Positions 1 to 8,126 of a stretch of DNA of 21,980 bases are shown here, one piece after another. The position numbers and the translations under genes are program-made. Source of the DNA: a virus. Its lineage: Duplodnaviria > Heunggongvirae > Uroviricota > Caudoviricetes. The notes under the pieces were generated by a model. The model made no database searches. It saw nothing but the letters and a program-made list of their open reading frames with translations, and was not told the DNA's origin. Positions within the stretch are counted from its first letter, which is position 1; every line of letters begins with the position of its first letter. The stretch lies in IMG/VR virus record IMGVR_UViG_2700989365_000011; one strand, written 5' to 3'.

Positions 1-1083
1 TCATTTTCTCTGGCTGATCTTTACCGGATAACCATCCCGAAGATCAATTAAGTGCTCCGGTTCAGAAGCAAACCATGCATAAGATCCCCACGCCAATTCT
101 GGTATTGCCTTTTTAAAAGGCAGAGCACTTCTGTCCATAAATGCCGTAAGGAATGCAAGATTTTTCTCGCTGAACCCAGCGTCAATAGCCAAATGAGTGA
201 GAGTAACTTTTCGTTCCCTGTTTATAGGCCCATCTGTCGCAACTACTTCAGTGAAAACTACAAGCATGTCCGAACCCGTTCGGTCCTCTCCCAAATCAAT
301 CAAAATAATATCTGGAAGTGCTTTTGAGGCATCAATATTCAGCCCCAATGCTTTTGCCAATACATCATCCTGAGCAACAACTTTATTCCCGGATTCAGAC
401 AACCAGAGCACAGTTGGATTCTTAAGAAAATTAGGAGCAAAAACTTCGATGACGGCCTTAGCTATTGTACTTGACGGGCCCGGAGCTAAAGTTCTCTTCT
501 CTCCATTTGGGAAAGTGACGACTACGGCATCAGCAGCAATCACTGCCCCTGATTTCAATAAACGCAACCTAGCAAGAGCGGCTTTGTTCAAATGATTTTC
601 TTGCCAGGAACTTATTGCACTCAGCAGCGAATCTCCTTCAAGCCCGGCATCAAAGAGTGCTGCAAAAGAGCGATTCAAACTGTAACGAGGACGAGAGGAT
701 GTGGTGGGTATACCTTTACGCTCAACAATTGCATTGCAAGGTATTAGGCCATTTTTTATAGTTTCATCACGTATTGGCTCACGCGTATTTTCCGCATACC
801 ATGCATCAGCAGGCCTTATCTTTTGTTTAGAGAAAGTCATCTTTACCCAGCTTTCTCTGGACGCATCATCAGTAAGAGCAGCCTGCGAATCTCCCATACT
901 TACAACCTGGCTGGGCCTTATCCATCGCCCCAGCCCCTCAACCGCACCAGCATAAAACATGACAAAAATTGTTTTTGCAGCTATTTCCCGAATTAAATAT
1001 CCACGATTCTCAGTCCCTTCAGGGAAAATTAATTGTAATCTTTCCCGGATAACATTCAATGGGGGAACAACAGGCAGATTCAT
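1..1083 (-). CDS. Putative type II restriction endonuclease, partner of the upstream methyltransferase (possibly BsuBI/PstI-like; family assignment uncertain)
   Basis: 360-aa ORF, complete (stop at 1-3). Its ATG overlaps the methyltransferase stop in an ATGA junction at 1080-1083, typical translational coupling of R-M pairs. No catalytic motif confidently identified by eye. Confidence 0.5.
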   Translation of the reverse strand: MNLPVVPPLNVIRERLQLIFPEGTENRGYLIREIAAKTIFVMFYAGAVEGLGRWIRPSQVVSMGDSQAALTDDASRESWVKMTFSKQKIRPADAWYAENTREPIRDETIKNGLIPCNAIVERKGIPTTSSRPRYSLNRSFAALFDAGLEGDSLLSAISSWQENHLNKAALARLRLLKSGAVIAADAVVVTFPNGEKRTLAPGPSSTIAKAVIEVFAPNFLKNPTVLWLSESGNKVVAQDDVLAKALGLNIDASKALPDIILIDLGEDRTGSDMLVVFTEVVATDGPINRERKVTLTHLAIDAGFSEKNLAFLTAFMDRSALPFKKAIPELAWGSYAWFASEPEHLIDLRDGYPVKISQRK

Positions 1084-2912
1084 GCAATCATCACTCCATA
1101 GAAACCAGCGATAGTTCTCTCAATAATCCGTCTGTGGACGCCAGCATCAATTAACGATTGAATCTCCATCACCTGCTCCAGAGAAGGCAACGGGATTGAA
1201 TTCAATTCATAGGCCGAAACAGCAACACTTCCGCTTATACACCTGAACGCCCGATCGACAACATGCGAATTAAGTAGCATATCAATAACATCAGGGCGAA
1301 CCGCAGAGAACAATCCGTTTGAATATACAATATTAATATGGTTTTCAACTACTACGCCACCAGTTTCATCTATAAATCCCTGAGGTAAAATTGCCGCTAA
1401 AATCCTTCTGTCCTGTTCCTTCGATGTTGTCCGCTGAACAAGCACACATTCAGATTTTGTCACAAGGAAACCCTGTTGTGGGGTTATATCGATATAGGGA
1501 ACATGATTTTTTCTGTCTGCACTAAAACGAAAACCAGCTGAAGTTATTGATTCCGCCCAGACTAATGGGTAGCTATTTTTTCCTTTCGTCGTACGCAACT
1601 GCGACTTAAATCGATTCCAGACTAACTGACCTGTAGAGACTGAGTATCCCAGATCAGCTAAACGCGTAGACATCTGTTTTAATACATTAAGAAAACAGGC
1701 ATCATCTTTAACGCGTGGCAAAAGCCACGTTGCTCCACCTTTTTCTATATCAACATTACCTATTTTCTCAATTTTTGCTTTGTTCAACCCCTTAGGGACA
1801 AGTGAGGATACCTGGGCCCGAACTTTATGTTCTCCCGCCTTGAATGCTGTCAACATTGTTTCCTGGAGAACATCGTCAAAGACCCCATCCCTGTCAGTGA
1901 CGAAATCAAGGGCATACGGAGTAGTTTTTTCGGTCAAAAGGGTTCGCAGCGCGGTGAAATACTGCCCACCAAGAAAAGAAGTTGGCGTAAGAAATGCAAT
2001 AACTCCTGTTTTCTCTTTAACCATGCGAACAGCTAAGTCGGTGAACAATCCATATAGATTTGCATGACCAAATAACGAACGAGAATATTTTTCTCTCGTT
2101 TTAATATCGAGAGTGACACGTCCGTAAGGCGGATTCCCTACCACAAGATCATAACCAGAAAATTTATCTTGCTGAAGCGCATCAGCAACAATAATTGTAT
2201 CTTCAGGCAATCTACGTTTTACCTTTACACATAGTGGCATTAGTACAGATTCGAGCAATACCAAACTCATCCAAGCCGCAAATGGATCGATCTCTATCCC
2301 CTTTAAACGACGACTGATTCTCCTCAACATCCATTCAGGGGAAGACCCCTTGTCTTTTTTTAACATTCGAATGGCTACTGGTGCCAAAAATGCACCGCCA
2401 CCACACGCAGGATCAATAACCGATGCATGAGAAAAATCAACACCAGACTTTTCAGCCAGGTCCAAGAGACGCGCTACCAAAGGTGGGGGGGTATAGTAAG
2501 CCCCCAATTCCGAACGGTAAGCGGATGGCAGCATTACCGTATAAATTGACCCAATCAGATATCCAGCGTCCTCCGCCGGAAATTGAGCAATAAGCTCACC
2601 TGTTCGTTCAGCGAGCTCGCGTGCATCACATGGAATGTCTTCTATGTAAACAGTGTGCGGTACTGCCCTCATTTTAATGCTGCTTTTTTGCTTTTTTGCA
2701 AGGGTATCCCAATATGCAGCTACGATGCTGAAGCAGTATGAGCGGGCATGCATCAACCTTGACTGCCCGGTTTTGTAATTGCCCGCATAACCTTTGGCCA
2801 TGGCTTTACAAGTTTGATATCTTTCCAGATTAGAAAACTCATTATCTGTAAAAAAATCAAAATGTTGCACATTCATAATGTAAAATCCTAATGTATCAAA
2901 CATGCGGGCCAT
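1080..2912 (-). CDS. N6-adenine DNA methyltransferase, gamma class
   Basis: 610-aa ORF with AdoMet-binding motif I (DPACGGGAFL) N-terminal to catalytic motif IV (VVGNPPYG). Motif order I then IV is the gamma-class arrangement; the long C-terminal region is consistent with a target-recognition domain. Confidence 0.85.
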   Translation of the reverse strand: MARMFDTLGFYIMNVQHFDFFTDNEFSNLERYQTCKAMAKGYAGNYKTGQSRLMHARSYCFSIVAAYWDTLAKKQKSSIKMRAVPHTVYIEDIPCDARELAERTGELIAQFPAEDAGYLIGSIYTVMLPSAYRSELGAYYTPPPLVARLLDLAEKSGVDFSHASVIDPACGGGAFLAPVAIRMLKKDKGSSPEWMLRRISRRLKGIEIDPFAAWMSLVLLESVLMPLCVKVKRRLPEDTIIVADALQQDKFSGYDLVVGNPPYGRVTLDIKTREKYSRSLFGHANLYGLFTDLAVRMVKEKTGVIAFLTPTSFLGGQYFTALRTLLTEKTTPYALDFVTDRDGVFDDVLQETMLTAFKAGEHKVRAQVSSLVPKGLNKAKIEKIGNVDIEKGGATWLLPRVKDDACFLNVLKQMSTRLADLGYSVSTGQLVWNRFKSQLRTTKGKNSYPLVWAESITSAGFRFSADRKNHVPYIDITPQQGFLVTKSECVLVQRTTSKEQDRRILAAILPQGFIDETGGVVVENHINIVYSNGLFSAVRPDVIDMLLNSHVVDRAFRCISGSVAVSAYELNSIPLPSLEQVMEIQSLIDAGVHRRIIERTIAGFYGVMIA

Positions 2913-3126
2913 AACATCTCATGGTGGCGCATAGCAAACTGGCCCGAAGAATATCACGCACCAAGTCGATCTCATAACCCGTTATGACAATAAATCTTTG
3001 TAGCTGAACTCACTTGGTGATTTGTCAATCATTCCTGGCCTCCAGTTCGTCCTGAATCTCTTTATCGAGTTCACCGTATTTGTTAGTCCTCATCACTCAC
3101 GACTTGACTTCCAGAAATAACCTTGA

Positions 3127-3483
3127 TTATTCGGGGCTATATTTTGTCACCCTGCGTATCCGCGCTTTCGCATTACGCTCAATCTGGATTAGCTTTTCTA
3201 TATTTTTTCGCCTTTCCCGCTCCTCCTGGCGCAAGAGCCTTACATCATCTGCCAGTCTGGTTTCTCTTTTCGCCACAGAGAGCATCCAGTCAAATGGCTC
3301 CACAACTGCACCGCAAATTTTACAGCGGACCTGACGCTCTTTTTCGTCAACCCGTACAGAGGCGTGATGGCAATATGGTCTTTCCGATGGCTCATAAAGA
3401 AAATTAACCTGATTACGAGGGTCATCCTCTTTTACCGGAAATAAAACGATATTGCTTAACTCATCTTCTGGTTTTATTTCCAT
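3127..3483 (-). CDS. Prophage protein of unknown function with Cys/His zinc-ribbon-like motif and basic coiled-coil C-terminus
   Basis: 118 aa from the ATG at 3483 (MEIKPEDEL...), with a GGAG-like Shine-Dalgarno upstream. The six-frame ORF extends to 3540 but that start abuts the upstream stop. Contains CHH...CKIC and an R/E/K-rich tail. No paralog in the Rac copy. Confidence 0.5.
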   Translation of the reverse strand: MEIKPEDELSNIVLFPVKEDDPRNQVNFLYEPSERPYCHHASVRVDEKERQVRCKICGAVVEPFDWMLSVAKRETRLADDVRLLRQEERERRKNIEKLIQIERNAKARIRRVTKYSPE

Positions 3484-3540
3484 GCTCCTCTCCTTTGATG
3501 CGAATGCCAGCGGTAATTGAAGCCTGATAGCTAATTTCAC

Positions 3541-3963
3541 TCACAGTACCGCCTCCTGAAAATCACCCTGATAGAAAGCCGGTACACGCTGCATAACTTC
3601 ACTCTTCCGGCACTCGCGACAGATTATGTTCTGATGTCTGTCGTAGCGGCGTATTTCTCCGTCCGGTAATGACCAGATAAGGTCCGGATCAACCACAGAT
3701 GGTTTCTTCAGCTTTGCCCTCGAGAGTTTTTTGCGGGCGTTTTGCCAGTCCTTACGCGCCTGTTCAGACGGGAATAACCCGTAGCCAGAGTTGTATACAT
3801 CCCCACTGGCAACCAGCTCTCTGGCGAGAACGCTTATTAAATATCTTGTCGCCCCGGTTTTAGCTTCCAGTTGTCGTAACGTCTCGCGCCCACTCTGGCG
3901 TACGAGTTCAACAACCTGCCCCTTAATTTTTTCCCGCTCTTCCTGTGTAAATACTTTTGCCAT
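3541..3963 (-). CDS. Conserved lambdoid prophage protein, unknown function
   Basis: 140 aa from the ATG at 3963 (MAKVFTQEE...), GGGGG Shine-Dalgarno upstream; the listed ORF start at 3978 is a TTG. Near-identical paralog at 10223-10639 except for the C-terminal ~12 residues. Confidence 0.6.
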   Translation of the reverse strand: MAKVFTQEEREKIKGQVVELVRQSGRETLRQLEAKTGATRYLISVLARELVASGDVYNSGYGLFPSEQARKDWQNARKKLSRAKLKKPSVVDPDLIWSLPDGEIRRYDRHQNIICRECRKSEVMQRVPAFYQGDFQEAVL

Positions 3964-3978
3964 AAGCGCCCCCGGCAA

Positions 3979-4704
3979 TCACTTTTCCGACACAATACGA
4001 CCGGAGGAATCGACAATCTGTCGAACAATATCCCGGTGCTTGTTCAGCTCCCGCAGCGCGGCGCAGACTCGCTCCCACTTCTGGACATGATTTTTCGCCC
4101 GACGCAGTTCGCGGTTTGCCATATGCAGCGATGGTAAAACCAGGTCATCCGCTTGCGTTTCGGTGAACGATGGCAACGACTGCACAATGTCCGCCACAGT
4201 TTCTGTTTTAATTTCTTCCTGTGTTGCAGCTTCCTGTACCGGTAACGCAACACCTGCTGGCTGAGGAAAGACTTTACCATCCGTTTCCGCTATGGATGCG
4301 GCTTTCGGCTCTGCCGGTAAATCAGCGCCCGGTATGCAGTACCGAAATTTACCGCCCTGATTCACGCGAATCAGACGCCCTTTGCTGATTGCCATGGCCA
4401 GCGATGAATTCGCCCGGCGGGAGGTAATCCCGAACATCAGTGCCAGCTCATCCGCCGTTTGTGGGCCATGTTGTTCAATCGCCTCAGTCAGCATTTGCGC
4501 TGTCACTTTCGGTACCGGTGACACTGGTTCACTTTCACCAGCCTGAATCAGCCACCACATCGAACCCTTGTTATCCGCTTCACCACGGCGCTTCAGTTTC
4601 CACAGTTCGTTGACCGCATCTTCACGGCTGATTCCAAGGCGGGACGCCACCACATGTGAAGAGGCTCTTTTCAGTGCTTTCAGTGCGTCAAATACAGTTT
4701 CCAT
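3979..4704 (-). CDS. Prophage protein with winged-helix-like N-terminal region, unknown function
   Basis: 241 aa from the ATG at 4704 (METVFDALK...), GGAGG Shine-Dalgarno upstream. The C-terminal ~115 aa are nearly identical to the paralog at 10655-11416; the N-terminal halves diverge. Confidence 0.6.
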   Translation of the reverse strand: METVFDALKALKRASSHVVASRLGISREDAVNELWKLKRRGEADNKGSMWWLIQAGESEPVSPVPKVTAQMLTEAIEQHGPQTADELALMFGITSRRANSSLAMAISKGRLIRVNQGGKFRYCIPGADLPAEPKAASIAETDGKVFPQPAGVALPVQEAATQEEIKTETVADIVQSLPSFTETQADDLVLPSLHMANRELRRAKNHVQKWERVCAALRELNKHRDIVRQIVDSSGRIVSEK

Positions 4705-4725
4705 TAAAACATCCTCCAACAAAAA

Positions 4726-5472
4726 TTACTTCACAACTCCCGGAAAGCTGACATTTGAACGCCAGCTATCCCAGTTAAACGTCACCCACCGACAACCGTT
4801 CATGGTCATGCGGTCCATAATCCTCTCACCAAGAAGCGTGCTCATTGCGGCATGATTCAGGTTTGTTAACATCCCGACACTGCACAGTGATGCTGTCCGG
4901 CGATCAATTATCTGGTGCAATACCACCTGCTCGTTTTTCGTCTCCCGCTGAATGCCTATTTCATCCAGGACCAGCAAATCAACCCCGCAAAGCTCCTGTA
5001 AAAATTTTTCACCGGATTTGCCGTTGTCGTAGCTGTCATGCAACACGCTCATGACATCAGACTCGGTGACGATAATCACGCTGCGCCCCTTCGCCATCAG
5101 CCGGTTACCCATCGCCGCTGCAAGGTGATTTTTCCCGGTGCCGGTTTTACCGCTGAACACAAAATTCGTGCACCCGGTCATCAGTTCGTCAGCTATGGAT
5201 TTGGCCTGGCTCAGCGCGTATTTTTGCCCGTCGTTCTGCACCTGATAATTCGCAAACGAGCATTTGCTGTGCAGAGGCTGGATGCCCGAACGATTCAGGA
5301 TTTTTTCCACCCGCAACTGGCGATTCTGGCGGTTAATCTCCTCGCTGCGTTTTCGTCCTTCAGCAAGTTGCCATTCCCGCCACTCCTCCACCGTCCGGTA
5401 CGGTGGAACCGCCCCCTGTGGTGCAAGTCTGTGAATACGTTCAAGAACCCCGGCTGCCGCAATGTTTTTCAT
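4726..5472 (-). CDS. DnaC/IstB-like AAA+ replicative helicase loader
   Basis: 248 aa with Walker A (GKTGTGKNHL) and Walker B (LLVLDEIG). Paralog of 11439-12185. Sits immediately downstream of the O-like gene, as lambda P does. Confidence 0.85.
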   Translation of the reverse strand: MKNIAAAGVLERIHRLAPQGAVPPYRTVEEWREWQLAEGRKRSEEINRQNRQLRVEKILNRSGIQPLHSKCSFANYQVQNDGQKYALSQAKSIADELMTGCTNFVFSGKTGTGKNHLAAAMGNRLMAKGRSVIIVTESDVMSVLHDSYDNGKSGEKFLQELCGVDLLVLDEIGIQRETKNEQVVLHQIIDRRTASLCSVGMLTNLNHAAMSTLLGERIMDRMTMNGCRWVTFNWDSWRSNVSFPGVVK

Positions 5473-5478
5473 GCCACA

Positions 5479-6549
5479 TCACCCCCTGAATCCCGGCGGA
5501 ATTTCGGTATCCGGTTCAGAAATATGATTCACACAACGCTGGTTGTTCGTGCCGCTTACCGGGAGCAACCAGGGGTTTTCAAAATTCCGGTCCGGCCCAA
5601 AAAACGTCGTCGCTCGCTGAACAAATTCCGTTCCCGCTTTCCCGGTCGCCGCCAGGTATCTCGCGTAACGCCTCACACCATCCAGCATGGTCTCTGGTGG
5701 CACCCCCTCGCGCAATCTGGCCTTCCAGGCACTGAATGCGGATTTCTTCGGGTTTGCCCCGGCACGCAACGGGTATTCCCGCCAGACCTGTTCGAACACA
5801 TCCGGATAATCCACTCGTCCCACAGGCTGCCCGGTGTTTTCCGGGGCTACCCGATCGGCTTCCCGCTGAATGGCGGAATCGGCTTCAGGCTGCTGCAGTT
5901 GGAGTGATTGCTCCGGCCTTGCGGTCATCACCTGCTGCACAGCGCCCGAATCGGCTTTCAGCGCATACGCTGAATCGGCTTCCGGTGTCGAGCCTGCTGG
6001 CTGACCAGGATTGACGGTCTGAACATCCCCTGCCTGGTTCGTGGCGTTTTTTACGCCATGGACCATAGTGTTTTGATCTTCTTTATCTGTATCTTTATCT
6101 GTATCTGTCGTGACTCGTCGTGACATGTGCGTGACATTTCGTGACGCGCCGTGACAATCGCCATTTTGTTCCCGCTTTCTTTCCCTCTCTCGCTGCGCCC
6201 TCTTGCGCTCTGCAGGAGATTTTGCGGTTTGCGAAATATTGCCGTTGTCCTCTTTAAGCACCTGGCGTTTTTCCCATCCAGTGATTAAATCACCATCAAG
6301 TACCCGCCCCTGCATCGTCTGCAAAATTGAATCAATTACCTCTTCTGTCACGTCGAGCGCACTTGCCAAATCTTCTGTCGTGACATCAATGTGACCTCGC
6401 GTGACATTTCGTGACGCGCTCACCAGGAGGTGGATATACACTGCCATCACTGTTGCAATTGGCTGCCCTGACACCCTGGCAATTGTTCGCCACTTAGGGT
6501 CATTTGGCATGTCATGCCATAATCTGAGCCAGGCGTTAGCCATACTCAC
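5479..6549 (-). CDS. Replication initiator, lambda O-like
   Basis: 356 aa, located between the YdaT-like gene and the DnaC-like loader. Contains internal iteron arrays. Shares only the C-terminal tail (AIPPGFRG) with the Rac YdaU at 12192-13049. Confidence 0.65.
   Translation of the reverse strand: MSMANAWLRLWHDMPNDPKWRTIARVSGQPIATVMAVYIHLLVSASRNVTRGHIDVTTEDLASALDVTEEVIDSILQTMQGRVLDGDLITGWEKRQVLKEDNGNISQTAKSPAERKRAQRERERKREQNGDCHGASRNVTHMSRRVTTDTDKDTDKEDQNTMVHGVKNATNQAGDVQTVNPGQPAGSTPEADSAYALKADSGAVQQVMTARPEQSLQLQQPEADSAIQREADRVAPENTGQPVGRVDYPDVFEQVWREYPLRAGANPKKSAFSAWKARLREGVPPETMLDGVRRYARYLAATGKAGTEFVQRATTFFGPDRNFENPWLLPVSGTNNQRCVNHISEPDTEIPPGFRG
6081..6155. repeat. Iteron array inside the O-like gene (putative replication origin), cluster 1
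   Basis: Tandem 12-bp CTTTATCTGTAT x2 (6081-6104) followed by five ~10-bp units each ending CGTGAC (6105-6155). Confidence 0.5.
6376..6419. repeat. Iteron array inside the O-like gene, cluster 2
   Basis: Four GTGAC-containing ~10-bp units. The 20-mer CGTGACATTTCGTGACGCGC at 6400-6419 is an exact copy of 6130-6149. Confidence 0.45.
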
Positions 6550-6614
6550 CTCTTCTGATACCGAATCTTTTTACTCACGAGTTGCCGGGAGCGATTCGAT
6601 ATGGCTATTGTCAG

Positions 6615-7040
6615 TCAATGTACTGCCACAGCATTTCCTGCCGGGCCACCACGGTTCATCTGATTGAAACCGGCGATTGCCACTGCGACAAAATCATCAG
6701 CGTCTCTCACCAGTCGTTCATGCGTCTCCACCAGTTCCCGAAAATAAGCTGAACTGTGGCTGCGCATTCGAGCCACCAGCGGAGGTGGCATTGCCCTTTC
6801 GATCGCAGGTAACAACGCCTGAATTTTTTCAACAGCGTCAGGGGTGTCTTTATCCAGCCAACGGAAAATCTTTTGGGTGTTGAGATAAAGCGTGTTGTGC
6901 TTGCTGTCGTTATGCAGAACCGGAAACGTCATTCCCAGTTCGAAATAAACCCTGGTTATTTCAGCTGCCGGAACTTTTTCACCGTCCGGATGCGCCCAGG
7001 CTTTCATCGCCATGCGGATGTGTTCATGCTTGATTTTCAT
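6615..7040 (-). CDS. YdaT-like protein (cII-position gene of Rac-type prophages)
   Basis: 141 aa starting MKIKHEHI..., the same N-terminus as the Rac-copy gene at 13062-13484. ATGA overlap with the upstream Cro-like gene. Confidence 0.7.
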   Translation of the reverse strand: MKIKHEHIRMAMKAWAHPDGEKVPAAEITRVYFELGMTFPVLHNDSKHNTLYLNTQKIFRWLDKDTPDAVEKIQALLPAIERAMPPPLVARMRSHSSAYFRELVETHERLVRDADDFVAVAIAGFNQMNRGGPAGNAVAVH

Positions 7041-7300
7041 GAATCAACCCCCGCCGATGGTTGTGTGTTAGCCTGAAACTCAGCAGGCAAGCCGTCAGTT
7101 GGGTTGGGGTAGGTTTTACTGTCAATCTCATGTGGGGTCACCACCCATCCCGTTGCTTCACACCAACGTAATATTTTTTCTCCTGTAAGTTTTGCACGCC
7201 CCGTTATAACGTGGCTGACCATCCCTTGGGATGCGCCAACAATCTCAGCAAATGAACTCTGGGTTATATGAAAATGATGCAAATATTCTCCAAGATTCAT
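7037..7300 (-). CDS. Cro/YdaS-like HTH regulator
   Basis: 87 aa from the ATG at 7300; the listed ORF start at 7327 is a TTG. Divergent from the cI-like repressor across an operator-containing intergenic region. Confidence 0.7.
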   Translation of the reverse strand: MNLGEYLHHFHITQSSFAEIVGASQGMVSHVITGRAKLTGEKILRWCEATGWVVTPHEIDSKTYPNPTDGLPAEFQANTQPSAGVDS

Positions 7301-7336
7301 AATCCGCCCTATGTGATGTGTTACCAATGCATAATT

Positions 7337-7376
7337 AATAGCACTGTTATTTTTAAAAGTAAATAGTGATACTATT
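7337..7376. promoter_or_regulatory. OR-like operator pair between Cro-like and cI-like genes
   Basis: Two 15-bp palindromes, AATAGCACTGTTATT (7337-7351) and AATAGTGATACTATT (7362-7376), centres 25 bp apart. Confidence 0.45.
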
Positions 7377-7411
7377 TCAAAGTGATTAGCAATCTTATTA
7401 GAATTGGATGT

Positions 7412-7912
7412 ATGAAAAGAAAATCATTGTCAGACACCGACCTCAACGCCGCCAGAAGACTGAAAGAAATCTGGATGGCAAAGAAATCTCAGTTGGGATT
7501 GACTCAGGAACGTGCGGCGGAAATTATGGGGTTTTCAACACAAGGGGCGGTAAGTCACTACCTAAATGGTCAAACCCCACTAAACCTTGAGGCTGTTCTA
7601 AAGTTTGCTGGCTTACTGAAAGTTCCCCCTGAGTCAATCAGGCCAGACATGGTAGATTTGCTGCAAATTGCAAGGATGTATTGTCGAGAACCACAGCAAG
7701 ATAACATAGTCGCATTACCAGCAGACACAGAACAAACAGAGGATGAACTACCGTTTGCCGTAGAGCCGATGGAACGAGATTTAATCCATACGTTCAGAGC
7801 TTTTCCGAAAGAAGATCAAGAACACATGCTTCAGGAGATGAAAGATAAAAAAGAATCAATGGATCGTACGGTTGCGCGGTGGTTAGCTGCACAAAAAGGC
7901 CGTCGCGCCTAA
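7412..7912 (+). CDS. cI-like XRE-family HTH repressor without a recognisable C-terminal S24 peptidase domain
   Basis: 166 aa from the ATG at 7412 (MKRKSLSDTDL...); a GTG at 7382 is an alternative start. HTH region LTQERAAEIMGFSTQGAVSHYLNG. Immediately upstream of the toxin-antitoxin pair, as in repressor-antitoxin-toxin operons. Confidence 0.75.
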   Translation: MKRKSLSDTDLNAARRLKEIWMAKKSQLGLTQERAAEIMGFSTQGAVSHYLNGQTPLNLEAVLKFAGLLKVPPESIRPDMVDLLQIARMYCREPQQDNIVALPADTEQTEDELPFAVEPMERDLIHTFRAFPKEDQEHMLQEMKDKKESMDRTVARWLAAQKGRRA

Positions 7913-7931
7913 ATCAGAGGAGATATGTAAA

Positions 7932-8126
7932 ATGAGTACAGTCCTTTCCCCAATGGTTTCAGAATTTGAGACAGTTGAGCAAGAAAATAGTTACAACGAA
8001 TGGCTGCGGGCCAAAGTAGCAGCAAGCCTCGCGGATCCCCGCCCGGCGATTCCGCATGATGAGGTAATGGCGGAAATGGAACAAATTATTGCCCAAATTG
8101 CTGCTGCAACTCACAGAGGTGAATAA
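7932..8126 (+). CDS. Antitoxin partnering the ParE-family toxin (PaaA/ParD-like)
   Basis: 64 aa, GAGGAG Shine-Dalgarno 8 nt upstream. Its stop overlaps the toxin ATG (TAATG at 8124-8128). Confidence 0.65.
   Translation: MSTVLSPMVSEFETVEQENSYNEWLRAKVAASLADPRPAIPHDEVMAEMEQIIAQIAAATHRGE

Noticed and set aside
1780-2067. Plus-strand ORFs of 69-95 aa inside the methyltransferase gene
   Set aside because: Antisense to a gene with clear catalytic motifs; low-complexity translations.
3025-3093. 22-codon minus-strand mini-ORF in the spacer upstream of the methyltransferase
   Set aside because: Too short and without supporting signals to call; not a controller (C) protein, which would be about 80 aa with an HTH.
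3080-3407. Plus-strand ORFs of 84 and 94 aa
   Set aside because: Antisense to the zinc-ribbon gene and the adjoining spacer; no start context.
5038-5907. 289-aa plus-strand ORF
   Set aside because: Entirely antisense to the well-supported DnaC-like and O-like genes; Arg/Pro/His-rich composition typical of a spurious antisense frame, with no ribosome-binding site.
6081-6155. Possible CRISPR-like repeat array
   Set aside because: Repeat units are only 10-12 bp, lie in frame inside a coding gene and have no spacer structure; they are replication iterons.
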